A DNA stretch of 64,000 nt, taken from assembly GCA_964016885.1 (NCBI GenBank), contig OZ024766.1, positions 13,454,001 through 13,518,000 of the forward strand, given 5' to 3'. The translations under genes were made by a program, and so were the position numbers. This document shows positions 45,701 to 61,300 of this stretch, piece by piece. The notes beneath the pieces are model-generated. The model saw only the letters and a program-made list of their open reading frames with translations. It made no database searches and had not been told where the DNA came from. How positions within the stretch are numbered: the stretch's first letter is position 1; each line of letters begins with the position of its first letter. The DNA comes from Eledone cirrhosa. Its lineage: Eukaryota.

Positions 45701-48700
45701 CTTAAATGAATTCTCACCAACAGTGGAGTTACTTCTGACAGCTAATACCATGAACTTAAATGAATTCTCAGCAACATTGGAGTTCCTTCTGACAGCTAAT
45801 ACCATGAACTTAAATGAATTCTCCCCAACATTGGAGTTACTTCTGACAGCTAGTACCATGAACTTAAATGAATTCTCACCAACAGTGGCGTTACTTCTGA
45901 CAGCTAATACCATGAACTTAAATGAATTTTCACCAACAGTGGCGTTCCTTCTGACAGCTAATACCATGAACTTAAATGAATTCTCACCAACAGTGGAGTT
46001 ACTTCTGACAGCTAATACCATGAACTTAAATGAATTCTTACCAACAGTGGAGTTACTTCTGACAGCTAATACCATGAACTTAAATGAATTCTCACCAACA
46101 TTGGAGTGAATTCTGACAGCTAATACCATGAACTTAAATGAATTCTCACCAACATTGGGGTTACTTCTGACAGCTAGTACCATGAACTTAAATGAATTCT
46201 CACCAACAGTGGAGTGACTTATTGACAGCTAATACCATGAACTTAAATGAATTCTCACCAACATTGGAGTTACTTCTGACAGCTAATACCATGACTTAAA
46301 TGAATTCTCACCAACAGTGGAGTTACTTCTGACAGCTAATACCATGAACTTAAATGAATTCTCACCAACAGTGGAGTTTCTTCTGACAGCTAATACCATG
46401 AACTTAAATGAATTCTCACCAACATTGGAGTTACTTCTGACAGCTAGTACCATGACTTAAATGAATTCTCACCAACATTGGAGTTACTTCTGACAGCTAA
46501 TACCATGACTTAAATGAATTCTCACCAACAGTGGAGTTACTTCTGACAGCTATTACCATGAACTTAAATGAATTCTCACCAACAGTGGAGTTACTTCTGA
46601 CAGCTAGTACCATGAACTTAAATGAATTCTCACCAACATTGGAGTTACTTCTGACAACTAATACCATGACTTAAATGAATTCTCACCAACAGTGGAGTTA
46701 CTTCTGACAAACTAATACCATGAACTTAAATGAATTCTCACCCACAGTGGAGTTCCTTCTGACAGCTAATAACATGAACTTAAATGAATTCTCACCAACA
46801 TTGGAGTTACTTCTGACAGCTAGTACCATGACTTAAATGAATTCTCACCAACAATGGAGTTACTTCTGACAGCTAATACCATGACTTAAATGAATTCTCA
46901 CCAACAGTGGAGTTACTTCTGACAGCTAATACCATGAACTTAAATGAATTCTCACCAACAGTGGAGTTCCTTCTGACAGCTAATAACATGAACTTAAATG
47001 AATTCTCACCAACATTGGAGTTACTTCTGACAGCTAGTACCATGACTTAAATGAATTCTCACCAACAATGGAGTTACTTCTGACAGCTAATACCATGACT
47101 TAAATGAATTCTCACCAACAGTGGAGTTACTTCTGACAGCTAATACCATGAACTTAAATGAATTCTCACCAACAGTGGAGTTCCTTCTGACAGCTAATAC
47201 CATGCACTTAAATGAATTCTCACCAACATTGGAGTTACTTCTGACAGCTAGTACCATGAACTTAAATGAATTCTCACCAACAGTGGAGTTACTTCTGACA
47301 GCTAATACCATGAACTTAAATGAATTCTCACCAACAGTGGCGTTCCTTCTGACAGCTAATACCATGAACTTAACTGAATTCTCACCAACAGTGGAGTTAC
47401 TTCTGACAGCTAGTACCATGACTTAAATGAATTCTCACCAACATTGGAGTTCCTTCTGACAACTAATACCATGAACTTAAATGAATTCTCACCAACATTG
47501 GAGTGACTTCTGACAGCTAATACCATGAACTTAAATGAATTCTCACCAACATTGGAGTTACTTCTGACAACTAATACCATGACTTAAATGAATTCTCACC
47601 AACAGTGGAGTTACTTCTGACAAACTAATACCATGAACATAAATGAATTCTCACCAACAGTGGAGTTACTTCTGACAGCTAATACCATGAACTTAAATGA
47701 ATTCTCACCAACATTGGAGTTACTTCTGACAGCTAGTACCATGAACTTAAATGAATTCTCACCAACAGTGGAGTTACTTCTGACAGCTAATACCATGAAC
47801 TTAAATGAATTCTCACCAACAGTGGAGTTACTTCTGACAGCTAATACCATGAACTTAAATGAATTCTCACCAACAGTGGAGTTACTTCTGACAGCTAATA
47901 CCATGAACTTAAATGAATTCTCACCAGCATTGGAGTTACTTCTGACAGCTAGTACCATGAACTTAAATGAATTCTCACCAACGGTGGAGTTACTTCTGAC
48001 AGCTAATACCATGAACTTAAATGAATTCTCACCAACAGTGGAGTTACTTCTGACAGCTAATACCATGAACTTAAATGAATTCTCACCAACAGTGGAGTTC
48101 CTTCTGACAGCTAATAACATGAACTTAAATGAATTCTCACCAACATTGGAGTTACTTCTGACAGCTAGTACCATGACTTAAATGAATTCTCACCAACAAT
48201 GGAGTTACTTCTGACAGCTAATACCATGACTTAAATGAATTCTCACCAACAGTGGAGTTACTTCTGACAGCTAATACCATGAACTTAAATGAATTCTCAC
48301 CAACAGTGGAGTTCCTTCTGACAGCTAATACCATGCACTTAAATGAATTCTCACCAACATTGGAGTTACTTCTGACAGCTAGGACCATGAACTTAAATGA
48401 ATTCTCACCAACAGTGGAGTTACTTCTGACAGCTAATACCATGAACTTAAATGAATTCTCACCAACAGTGGCGTTCCTTCTGACAGCTAATACCATGAAC
48501 TTAAATGAATTCTCACCAACAGTGGAGTTACTTCTGACAGCTAGTACCATGACTTAAATGAATTCTCACCAACATTGGAGTTCCTTCTGACAACTAATAC
48601 CATGAACTTAAATGAATTCTCACCAACAGTGGAGTTCCTTCTGACAGCTAATACCATGAACTTAAATGAACTCTCACCAACATTGGAGTTACTTCTGACA

Positions 48701-51700
48701 ACTAATACCATGACTTAAATGAATTCTCACCAACAGTGGAGTTACTTCTGACAAACTAATACCATGAACATAAATGAATTCTCACCAACAGTGGAGTGAC
48801 TTCTGTCAGCTAATACCATGAACTTAAATGAATTCTCACCAACAGTGGAGTTACTTCTGACAGCTAATACCATGAACTTAAATGAATTCTCACCAACAGT
48901 GGAGTTACTTCTGACAGCTAGTACCATGAACTTAAATGAATTCTCACGAACAGTGGAGTTACTTCTGACAGCTAATACCATGAACTTAAATGAATTCTCA
49001 GCAACAGTGGAGTTCCTTCTGACAGCTAATACCATGAACTTAAATGAATTCTCCCCAACATTGGAGTTACTTCTGACAGCTAGTACCATGAACTTAAATG
49101 AATTCTCACCAACAGTGGCGTTACTTCTGACAGCTAATACCATGAACTTAAATGAATTCTCCCCAACATTGGAGTTACTTCTGACAGCTAGTACCATGAA
49201 CTTAAATGAATTCTCACCAACAGTGGAGTTACTTCTGACAGCTAATACCATGAACTTAAATGAATTCTCAGCAACAGTGGAGTTCCTTCTGACAGCTAAT
49301 ACCATGAACTTAAATGAATTCTCCCCAACATTGGAGTTACTTCTGACAGCTAGTACCATGAACTTAAATGAATTCTCACCAACAGTGGCGTTACTTCTGA
49401 CAGCTAATACCATGAACTTAAATGAATTCTCACCAACAGTGGCGTTCCTTCTGACAGCTAATACCATGAACTTAAATGAATTCTCACCAACAGTGGAGTT
49501 ACTTCTGACAGCTAATACCATGAACTTAAATGAATTCTTACCAACAGTGGAGTTACTTCTGACAGCTAATACCATGAACTTAAATGAATTCTCACCAACA
49601 TTGGAGTGACTTCTGACAGCTAATACCATGAACTTAAATGAATTCTCACCAACATTGGGGTTACTTCTGACAGCTAGTACCATGAACTTAAATGAATTCT
49701 CACCAACAGTGGAGTGACTTATTGACAGCTAATACCATGAACTTAAATGAATTCTCACCAACATTGGAGTTACTTCTGACAGCTAATACCATGACTTAAA
49801 TGAATTCTCACCAACAGTGGAGTTACTTCTGACAGCTAATACCATGAACTTAAATGAATTCTCACCAACAGTGGAGTTTCTTCTGACAGCTAATACCATG
49901 AACTTAAATGAATTCTCACCAACATTGGAGTTACTTCTGACAGCTAGTACCATGACTTAAATGAATTCTCACCAACATTGGAGTTACTTCTGACAGCTAA
50001 TACCATGACTTAAATGAATTCTCACCAACAGTGGAGTTACTTCTGACAGCTATTACCATGAACTTAAATGAATTCTCACCAACAGTGGAGTTACTTCTGA
50101 CAGCTAGTACCATGAACTTAAATGAATTCTCACCAACATTGGAGTTACTTCTGACAACTAATACCATGACTTAAATGAATTCTCACCAACAGTGGAGTTA
50201 CTTCTGACAAACTAATACCATGAACTTAAATGAATTCTCACCCACAGTGGAGTTACTTCTGACAGCTAATACCATGAACTTAAATGAATTCTCACCAACA
50301 GTGGAGTTACTTCTGACAGCTAATACCATGAACTTAAATGAATTCTCACCAACAGTGGAGTTACTTCTGACAGCTAATACCATGACTTAAATGAATTCTC
50401 ACCAACAGTGGAGTTACTTCTGACAGCTAATACCATGAACTTAAATGAATTCTCACCAACATTGGAGTTACTTCTGACAGCTCGTACCATGAACTTAAAT
50501 GAATTCTCACCAACAGTGGAGTTACTTCTGACAGCTAATACCATGAAATTAAATGAATTCTCACCAACAGTGGAGTTACTTCTGACAGCTAATACCATGA
50601 CTTAAATGAATTCTCACCAACAGTGGAGTTACTTCTGACAGCTAATACCATGAACTTAAATGAATTCTCACCAACATTGGAGTTACTTCTGACAGCTAGT
50701 ACCATGAACTTAAATGAATTCTCACTAACAGTGGAGTTACTTCTGACAGCTAATACCATGAACTTAAATGAATTCTCACCAACAGTGGAGTTACTTCTGA
50801 CAGCTAATACCATGAACTTAAATGAATTCTCACCAACAGTGGAGTTACTTCTGACAGCTAATACCATGAACTTAAATGAATTCTCACCAGCATTGGAGTT
50901 ACTTCTGACAGCTAGTACCATGAACTTAAATGAATTCTCACCAACGGTGGAGTTACTTCTGACAGGTAATACCATGAACTTAAATGAATTCTCACCAACA
51001 GTGGAGTTACTTCTGACAGCTAATACCATGAACTTAAATGAATTCTCACCAACAGTGGAGTTCCTTCTGACAGCTAATAACATGAACTTAAATGAATTCT
51101 CACCAACATTAGAGTTACTTCTGACAGCTAGTACCATGACTTAAATGAATTCTCACCAACAATGGAGTTACTTCTGACAGCTAATACCATGACTTAAATG
51201 AATTCTCACCAACAGTGGAGTTACTTCTGACAGCTAATACCATGAACTTAAATGAATTCTCACCAACAGTGGAGTTCCTTCTGACAGCTAATACCATGAA
51301 CTTAAATGAATTCTCACCAACAGTGGAGTTACTTCTGACAGCTAGTACCATGACTTAAATGAATTCTCACCAACATTGGAGTTCCTTCTGACAACTAATA
51401 CCATGAACTTAAATGAATTCTCACCAACATTGGAGTGACTTCTGACAGCTAATACCATGAACTTAAATGAATTCTCACCAACATTGGAGTTACTTCTGAC
51501 AACTAATACCATGACTTAAATGAATTCTCACCAACAGTGGAGTTACTTCTGACAAACTAATACCATGAACATAAATGAATTCTCACCAACAGTGGAGTTA
51601 CTTCTGACAGCTAATACCATGAACTTAAATGAATTCTCACCAACATTGGAGTGACTTCTGACAGCTAATACCATGAACTTAAATGAATTCTCACCAACAT

Positions 51701-54700
51701 TGGGGTTACTTCTGACAGCTAGTACCATGAACTTAAATGAATTCTCACCAACAGTGGAGTGACTTCTGACAGCTAATACCATGAACCTAAATGAATTCTC
51801 ACCAACATTGGAGTGACTTCTGACAGCTAATACCATGAACTTAAATGAATTCTCACCAACAGTGGAGTTACTTCTGACAGCTAGTACCATGAACTTAAAT
51901 GAATTCTCACCAACAGTGGAGTTACTTCTGACAGCTAATACCATGAACTTAAATGAATTCTCACCAACAGGGGAGTGACTTCTGACAGCTAATACCATGA
52001 ACCTAAATGAATTCTCACCAACATTGGAGTGACTACTGACAGCTAATACCATGAACTTAAATGAATTCTCACCAACAGTGGAGTTACTTCTGACAGCTAG
52101 TACCATGAACTTAAATGAATTCTCACCAACAGTGGAGTTACTTCTGACAGCTAATACCATGAACTTAAATGAATTCTCACCAACAGTGGAGTTACTTCTG
52201 ACAGCTAATACCATGAACTTAAATGAATTCTCACCAACATTGGAGTGACTTCTGACAGCTAATACCATGAACTTAAATGTATTCTCACCAACAGTGGAGT
52301 GACTTCCGACAGCTAGTACCATGAACTTAAATGAATTCTCACCAACAGTGGAGTTACTTCTGACAGCTAATACCATGAACTTAAATGAATTCTCACCAAC
52401 AGTGGATTTACTTCTGACAGCTAGTACCATGAACTTAAATGAATTCTCACCAACATTGGAGTTACTTCTGACAACTAATACCATGACTTAAATGAATTCT
52501 CACCAACAGTGGAGTTACTTCTGACAAACTAATAGCATGAACTTAAATGAATTCTCACCAACAGTGGAGTTACTTCTGACAGCTAGTACCATGAACTTAA
52601 ATGAATTCTCACCAACAGTGGAGTTACTTCTGACAGCTAATACCATGAACTTAAATGAATTCTCACCAACAGTGGAGTTACTTCTGACAGCTAATACCAT
52701 GAACTTAAATGAATTCTCACCAACATTGGAGTTACTTCTGACAGCTAATACCATGACTTAAATGAATTCTCACCAACAGTGGAGTTCCTTCTGACAGCTA
52801 ATACCATGAACTTAAATGAATTCTCACCAACATTGGAGTTACTTCTGACAGCTAGTACCATGAACTTAAATGAATTCTCACCAACAGTGGAGTTACTTCT
52901 GACAGCTAATACCATGAACTTAAATGAATTCTCACCAACAGTGGCATTCCTTCTGACAGCTAATACCATGAACTTAAATGAATTCTCACCAACATTGGAG
53001 TTACTTCTGACAGCTATTACCATGACTTAAATGAACTCTCACCAACAATGGAGTTACTTCTGACAGCTAATACCATGAACTTAAATGAATTCTCACCAAC
53101 ATTGGAGTTACTTCTGACAGCTAGTACCATGAACTTAAATGAATTCTCACCAACAGTGGAGTTACTTCTGACAGCTAATACCATGAACTTAAATTAATTC
53201 TCACCAACAGTGGAGTTCGTTCTGACAGCTAATACCATGAACTTAAATGAATTTTCACCAACATTGGAGTTACTTCTGACAGCTAGTACCATGGCTTAAA
53301 TGAATTCTCACCAACATTGGAGTTACTTCTGACAACTAATACCATGACTTAAATGAATTCTCACCAACAGTGGAGTTACTTCTGACAAACTAATACCATG
53401 AACTTAAATGAATTCTCACCAACAGTGGAGTTACTTCTGACAGCTAGTACCATGAACTTAAATGAATTCTCACCAACAGTGGAGTTCCTTCTGACAGCTA
53501 ATACCATGAACTTAAATGAATTCTCACCAACAGTGGAGTTACTTCTGACAGCTAGTACCATGACTTAAATGAATTCTCACCAACATTGGAGTTCCTTCTG
53601 ACAGCTAATACCATGAACTTAAATGAATTCTCACCAACAGTGGAGTTCCTTCTGACAGCTAATACCATGAACTTAAATGAATTCTCACCAACATTGGAGT
53701 TACTTCTGACAACTAATACCATGACTTAAATGAATTCTCACCAACAGTGGAGGTACTTCTGACAAACTAATACCATGAACTTAAATGAATTCTCACCAAC
53801 AGTGGAGTTACTTCTGACAGCTAGTACCATGAACTTAAATGAATTCTCACCAACAGTGGAGTTACTTCTGACAGCTAATACCATGCACTTAAATGAATTC
53901 TCACCAACAGTGGAGTTCGTTCTGACAGCTAATACCATGAACTTAAATGAATTCTCACCAACATTGGAGTTACTTCTGACAGCTAGTACCATGGCTTAAA
54001 TGAATTCTCACCAACATTGGAGTTACTTCTGACAACTAATACCATGACTTAAATGAATTCTCACCAACAGTGGAGTTACTTCTGACAAACTAATACCATG
54101 AACTTAAATGAATTCTCACCAACAGTGGAGTTACTTCTGACAGCTAGTACCATGAACTTAAATGAATTCTCACCAACAGTGGAGTTCCTTCTGACAGCTA
54201 ATACCATGAACTTAAATGAATTCTCACCAACAGTGGAGTTACTTCTGACAGCTAATACCATGAACTTAAATGAATTCTCACCAACAGTGGAGTTACTTCT
54301 GACAGCTAATACCATGAACTTAAATGAATTCTCACCAACATTGGAGTGACTTCTGACAGCTAATACCATGAACTTAAATGAATTCTCACCAACATTGGGG
54401 TTACTTCTGACAGCTAGTACCATGAACTTAATGAATTCTCACCAACAGTGGAGTGACTTCTGACAGCTAATACCATGAACTTAAATGAATTCTCACCAAC
54501 ATTGGAGTGACTTCTGACAGCTAATACCATGAACTTAAATGAATTCTCACCAACAGTGGAGTTACTTCTGACAGCTAGTACCATGAACTTAAATGAATTC
54601 TCACCAACAGTGGAGTTACTTCTGACAGCTAATACCATGAACTTAAATGAATTCTCAGCAACAGTGGAGTTCCTTCTGACAGCTAATACCATGAACTTAA

Positions 54701-55369
54701 ATGAATTCTCACCAACATTGGAGTTAATTCTGACAGCTAATACCATGAACTTAAATGAATTCTCACCAACATTGGAGTTACTTCTGACAGCTAATACCAT
54801 GACGTAAATGAATTCTCACCAACAGTGGAGTTACTTCTGACAGCTAATACCATGAACTTAAATGAATACTCACCAACATTGGAGTTACTTCTGACAGCTA
54901 GTACCATGAACTTAAATGAATTCTCACCAACAGTGGAGTTACCTCTGACAGCTAATACCATGAACTTAAATGAATTCTCACCAACAGTGGAGTTACTTCT
55001 GACAGCTAATACCATGAACTTAAATGAATTCTCACCAACAGTGGAGTTCCTTCTGACAGCTAATACCATGAACTTAAATGAATTCTCACCAACATTGGAG
55101 TTACTTCTGACAGCTAGTACCATGACTTAAATGAATTCTCACCAACATTGGAGTTACTTCTGACAGCTAGTACCATGACTTAAATGAATTCTCACCAACA
55201 ATGGAGTTACTTCTGACAGCTAATAACATGACTTAAATGAATTCTCACCAACAGTGGAGTTACTTCTGACAGCTAATACCATGAACTTAAATGAATTCTC
55301 ACCAACAGTGGAGTTCCTTCTGACAGCTAATACCATGAACTTAAACGAATTCTCACCAACATTGGAGTT

Positions 55370-58300
55370 ACTTCTGACAGCTAGTACCCTGAACTTAAAT
55401 GAATTCTCACCAACAGTGGAGTTACTTCTGACAGCTAATACCATGAACTTAAATGAATTCTCACCAACAGTGGAGTTCGTTCTGACAGCTAATACCATGA
55501 ACTTAAATGAATTCTCACCAACATTGGAGTTACTTCTGACAGCTAGTACCATGGCTTAAATGAATTCTCACCAACATTGGAGTTACTTCTGACAACTAAT
55601 ACCATGACTTAAATGAATTCTCACCAACAGTGGAGTTACTTCTGACAAACTAATACCATGATCTTAAATGAATTCTCACCAACAGTGGAGTTACTTCTGA
55701 CAGCTAGTACCATGAACTTAAATGAATTCTCACCAACAGTGGAGTTCCTTCTGACAGCTAATACCATGAACTTAAATGAATTCTCACCAACAGTGGAGTT
55801 ACTTCTGACAGCTAATACCATGAACTTAAATGAATTCTCACCAACAGTGGAGTTACTTCTGACAGCTAATACCATGAACTTAAATGAATTCTCACCAACA
55901 TTGGAGTGACTTCTGACAGCTAATACGATGAACTTAAATGAATTCTCACCAACATTGGGGTTACTTCGGACAGCTAGTACCATGAACTTAAATGAATTCT
56001 CACCAACAGTGGAGTGACTTCTGACAGCTAATACCATGAACTTAAATGAATTCTCACCAACATTGGAGTGACTTCTGACAGCTAATACCATGAACTTAAA
56101 TGAATTCTCACCAACAGTGGAGTTACTTCTGACAGCTAATACCATGAACTTAAATGAATTCTCACCAACAGTGGAGTTACTTCTGACAGCTAATACCATG
56201 AACTTAAATGAATTCTCACCAACAGTGGCGTTCCTTCTGACAGCTAATACCATGAACTTAAATGAATTCTCACCGACAGTGGAGTTACTTCTGACAGCTA
56301 GTACCATGACTTAAATGAATTCTCACCAACATTGGAGTTCCTTCTGACAGCTAATACCATGAACTTAAATGAATTCTCACCAACAGTGGAGTTACTTCTG
56401 ACAGCTAATACCATGAACTTAAATGAATTCTCACCAACATTGGAGTTACTTCTGACAGCTAGTACCATGACTTAAATGAATTCTCACCAACATTGGAGTT
56501 ACTTCTGACAGCTAGTACCATGACTTAAATGAATTCTCACCAACAATGGAGTTACTTCTGACAGCTAATACCATGAACTTAAATGAATTCTCACCAACAG
56601 TGGAGTTACTTCTGACAGCTAATACCATGAACTTAAATGAATTCTCACCAACAGTGGAGTTACTTCTGACAGCTAATACCATGAACTTAAATGAATTCTC
56701 ACCAACATTGGAGTGACTTCTGACAGCTAATACCATGAACTTAAATGTATTCTCACCAACAGTGGAGTGACTTCCGACAGCTAGTACCATGAACTTAAAT
56801 GAATTCTCACCAACAGTGGAGTTACTTCTGACAGCTAATACCATGACTTAAATGAATTCTCACCAACAGTGGAGTTACTTCTGACAGCTAATACCATGAA
56901 CTTAAATGAATTCTCACCAACAGTGGATTTACTTCTGACAGCTAGTACCATGAACTTAAATGAATTCTCACCAACATTGGAGTTACTTCTGACAACTAAT
57001 ACCATGACTTAAATGAATTCTCACCAACAGTGGAGTTACTTCTGACAAACTAATAGCATGAACTTAAATGAATTCTCACCAACAGTGGAGTTACTTCTGA
57101 CAGCTAGTACCATGAACTTAAATGAATTCTCACCAACAGTGGAGTTACTTCTGACAGCTAATACCATGAACTTAAATGAATTCTCACCAACAGTGGAGTT
57201 ACTTCTGACAGCTAATACCATGAACTTAAATGAATTCTCACCAACATTGGAGTTACTTCTGACAGCTAATACCATGAACTTAAATGAATTCTCACCAACA
57301 TTGGAGTTACTTCTGACAGCTAGTACCATGAACTTAAATGAATTCTCACCAACAGTGGAGTTACTTCTGACAGCTAATACCATGAACTTAAATGAATTCT
57401 CACCAACATTGGAGTTACTTCTGACAGCTAATACCATGACTTAAATGAATTCTCACCAACAGTGGCGTTCCTTCTGACAGCTAATACCATGAACTTAAAT
57501 GAATTCTCACCGACAGTGGAGTTACTTCTGACAGCTAGTACCATGACTTAAATGAATTCTCACCAACATTGGAGTTCCTTCTGACAGCTAATACCATGAA
57601 CTTAAATGAATTCTCACCAACAGTGGAGTTACTTCTGACAGCTAATACCATGAACTTAAATGAATTCTCACCAACATTGGAGTTACTTCTGACAGCTAGT
57701 ACCATGACTTAAATGAATTCTCACCAACATTGGAGTTACTTCTGACAGCTAGTACCATGACTTAAATGAATTCTCACCAACAATGGAGTTACTTCTGACA
57801 GCTAATACCATGAACTTAAATGAATTCTCACCAACAGTGGAGTTACTTCTGACAGCTAATACCATGAACTTAAATGAATTCTCACCAACAGTGGAGTTAC
57901 TTCTGACAGCTAATACCATGAACTTAAATGAATTCTCACCAACATTGGAGTGACTTCTGACAGCTAATACCATGAACTTAAATGTATTCTCACCAACAGT
58001 GGAGTGACTTCCGACAGCTAGTACCATGAACTTAAATGAATTCTCACCAACAGTGGAGTTACTTCTGACAGCTAATACCATGACTTAAATGAATTCTCAC
58101 CAACAGTGGAGTTACTTCTGACAGCTAATACCATGAACTTAAATGAATTCTCACCAACAGTGGATTTACTTCTGACAGCTAGTACCATGAACTTAAATGA
58201 ATTCTCACCAACATTGGAGTTACTTCTGACAACTAATACCATGACTTAAATGAATTCTCACCAACAGTGGAGTTACTTCTGACAAACTAATAGCATGAAC

Positions 58301-61300
58301 TTAAATGAATTCTCACCAACAGTGGAGTTACTTCTGACAGCTAGTACCATGAACTTAAATGAATTCTCACCAACAGTGGAGTTACTTCTGACAGCTAATA
58401 CCATGAACTTAAATGAATTCTCACCAACAGTGGAGTTACTTCTGACAGCTAATACCATGAACTTAAATGAATTCTCACCAACATTGGAGTTACTTCTGAC
58501 AGCTAGTACCATGAACTTAAATGAATTCTCACCAACAGTGGAGTTACTTCTGACAGCTAATACCATGAACTTAAATGAATTCTCACCAACATTGGAGTTA
58601 CTTCTGACAGCTAATACCATGACTTAAATGAATTCTCACCAACAGTGGCGTTCCTTCTGACAGCTAATACCATGAACTTAAATGAATTCTCACCGACAGT
58701 GGAGTTACTTCTGACAGCTAGTACCATGACTTAAATGAATTCTCACCAACATTGGAGTTCCTTCTGACAGCTAATACCATGAACTTAAATGAATTCTCAC
58801 CAACAGTGGAGTTACTTCTGACAGCTAATACCATGAACTTAAATGAATTCTCACCAACATTGGAGTTACTTCTGACAGCTAGTACCATGACTTAAATGAA
58901 TTCTCACCAACATTGGAGTTACTTCTGACAGCTAGTACCATGACTTAAATGAATTCTCACCAACAATGGAGTTACTTCTGACAGCTAATACCATGAACTT
59001 AAATGAATTCTCACCAACAGTGGAGTTACTTCTGACAGCTAATACCATGAACTTAAATGAATTCTCACCAACAGTGGAGTTACTTCTGACAGCTAATACC
59101 ATGAACTTAAATGAATTCTCACCAACATTGGAGTGACTTCTGACAGCTAATACCATGAACTTAAATGTATTCTCACCAACAGTGGAGTGACTTCCGACAG
59201 CTAGTACCATGAACTTAAATGAATTCTCACCAACAGTGGAGTTACTTCTGACAGCTAATACCATGACTTAAATGAATTCTCACCAACAGTGGAGTTACTT
59301 CTGACAGCTAATACCATGAACTTAAATGAATTCTCACCAACATTGGAGTTACTTCTGACAGCTAGTACCATGAACTTAAATGAATTCTCACCAACAGTGG
59401 AGTTACTTCTGACAGCTAATACCATGAACTTAAATGAATTCTCACCAACATTGGAGTTACTTCTGACAGCTAATACCATGACTTAAATGAATTCTCACCA
59501 ACAGTGGCGTTCCTTCTGACAGCTAATACCATGAACTTAAATGAATTCTCACCGACAGTGGAGTTACTTCTGACAGCTAGTACCATGACTTAAATGAATT
59601 CTCACCAACATTGGAGTTCCTTCTGACAGCTAATACCATGAACTTAAATGAATTCTCACCAACAGTGGAGTTACTTCTGACAGCTAATACCATGAACTTA
59701 AATGAATTCTCACCAACATTGGAGTTACTTCTGACAGCTAGTACCATGACTTAAATGAATTCTCACCAACATTGGAGTTACTTCTGACAGCTAGTACCAT
59801 GACTTAAATGAATTCTCACCAACAATGGAGTTACTTCTGACAGCTAATACCATGAACTTAAATGAATTCTCACCAACAGTGGAGTTACTTCTGACAGCTA
59901 ATACCATGAACTTAAATGAATTCTCACCAACAGTGGAGTTACTTCTGACAGCTAATACCATGAACTTAAATGAATTCTCACCAACATTGGAGTGACTTCT
60001 GACAGCTAATACCATGAACTTAAATGTATTCTCACCAACAGTGGAGTGACTTCCGACAGCTAGTACCATGAACTTAAATGAATTCTCACCAACAGTGGAG
60101 TTACTTCTGACAGCTAATACCATGACTTAAATGAATTCTCACCAACAGTGGAGTTACTTCTGACAGCTAATACCATGAACTTAAATGAATTCTCACCAAC
60201 AGTGGATTTACTTCTGACAGCTAGTACCATGAACTTAAATGAATTCTCACCAACATTGGAGTTACTTCTGACAACTAATACCATGACTTAAATGAATTCT
60301 CACCAACAGTGGAGTTACTTCTGACAAACTAATAGCATGAACTTAAATGAATTCTCACCAACAGTGGAGTTACTTCTGACAGCTAGTACCATGAACTTAA
60401 ATGAATTCTCACCAACAGTGGAGTTACTTCTGACAGCTAATACCATGAACTTAAATGAATTCTCACCAACAGTGGAGTTACTTCTGACAGCTAATACCAT
60501 GAACTTAAATGAATTCTCACCAACATTGGAGTTACTTCTGACAGCTAATACCATGACTTAAATGAATTCTCACCAACAGTGGAGTTACTTCTGACAGCTA
60601 ATACCATGAAATTAAATGAATTCTCACCAACATTGGAGTTACTTCTGACAGCTAGTACCATGAACTTAAATGAATTCTCACCAACAGTGGAGTTACTTCT
60701 GACAGCTAATACCATGAACTTAAATGAATTCTCACCAACATTGGAGTTACTTCTGACAGCTAATACCATGACTTAAATGAATTCTCACCAACAGTGGAGT
60801 TACTTCTGACAGCTAGTACCATGAACTTAAATGAATTCTCACCAACAGTGGAGTTACTTCTGACAGCTAATACCATGAACTTAAATGAATTCTCACCAAC
60901 AGTGGAGTTACTTCTGACAGCTAATACCATGAACTTAAATGAATTCTCACCAACATTGGAGTTACTTCTGACAGCTAATACCATGACTTAAATGAATTCT
61001 CACCAACAGTGGAGTTACTTCTGACAGCTAATACCATGAACTTAAATGAATTCTCACCAACATTGGAGTTACTTCTGACAGCTAGTACCATGAACTTAAA
61101 TGAATTCTCACCAACAGTGGAGTTACTTCTGACAGCTAATACCATGAACTTAAATGAATTCTCACCAACAGTGGAGTTCCTTCTGACAGCTAATACCATG
61201 AACTTAAATGAATTCTCACCAACATTGGAGTTACTTCTGACAGCTAGTACCATGACTTAAATGAATTCTCACCAACATTGGAGTTACTTCTGACAGCTAG

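Larger units (their letters stand above)
25250..55420. repeat. Large tandem duplication of an ancestral ~9.9-kb B+C unit; left copy ~25250-45570 (since expanded), right copy ~45570-55420
   Basis: Constant offsets over multi-kb stretches: 20205 (26882/47087, 27406/47611, 28013/48218, 28537/48742), 21334 (30209/51543, 31181/52515, 32742/54076), 18477-18476 (33066/51543, 35599/54076, 36315/54791, 36744/55220). Confidence 0.88.

Noticed and set aside
54420-54440. Unique 53-bp unit ACTTAATGAA (one A lost from AAA)
   Set aside because: It is a singleton homopolymer deletion absent from the homologous blocks, most likely a sequencing error or trivial private mutation.
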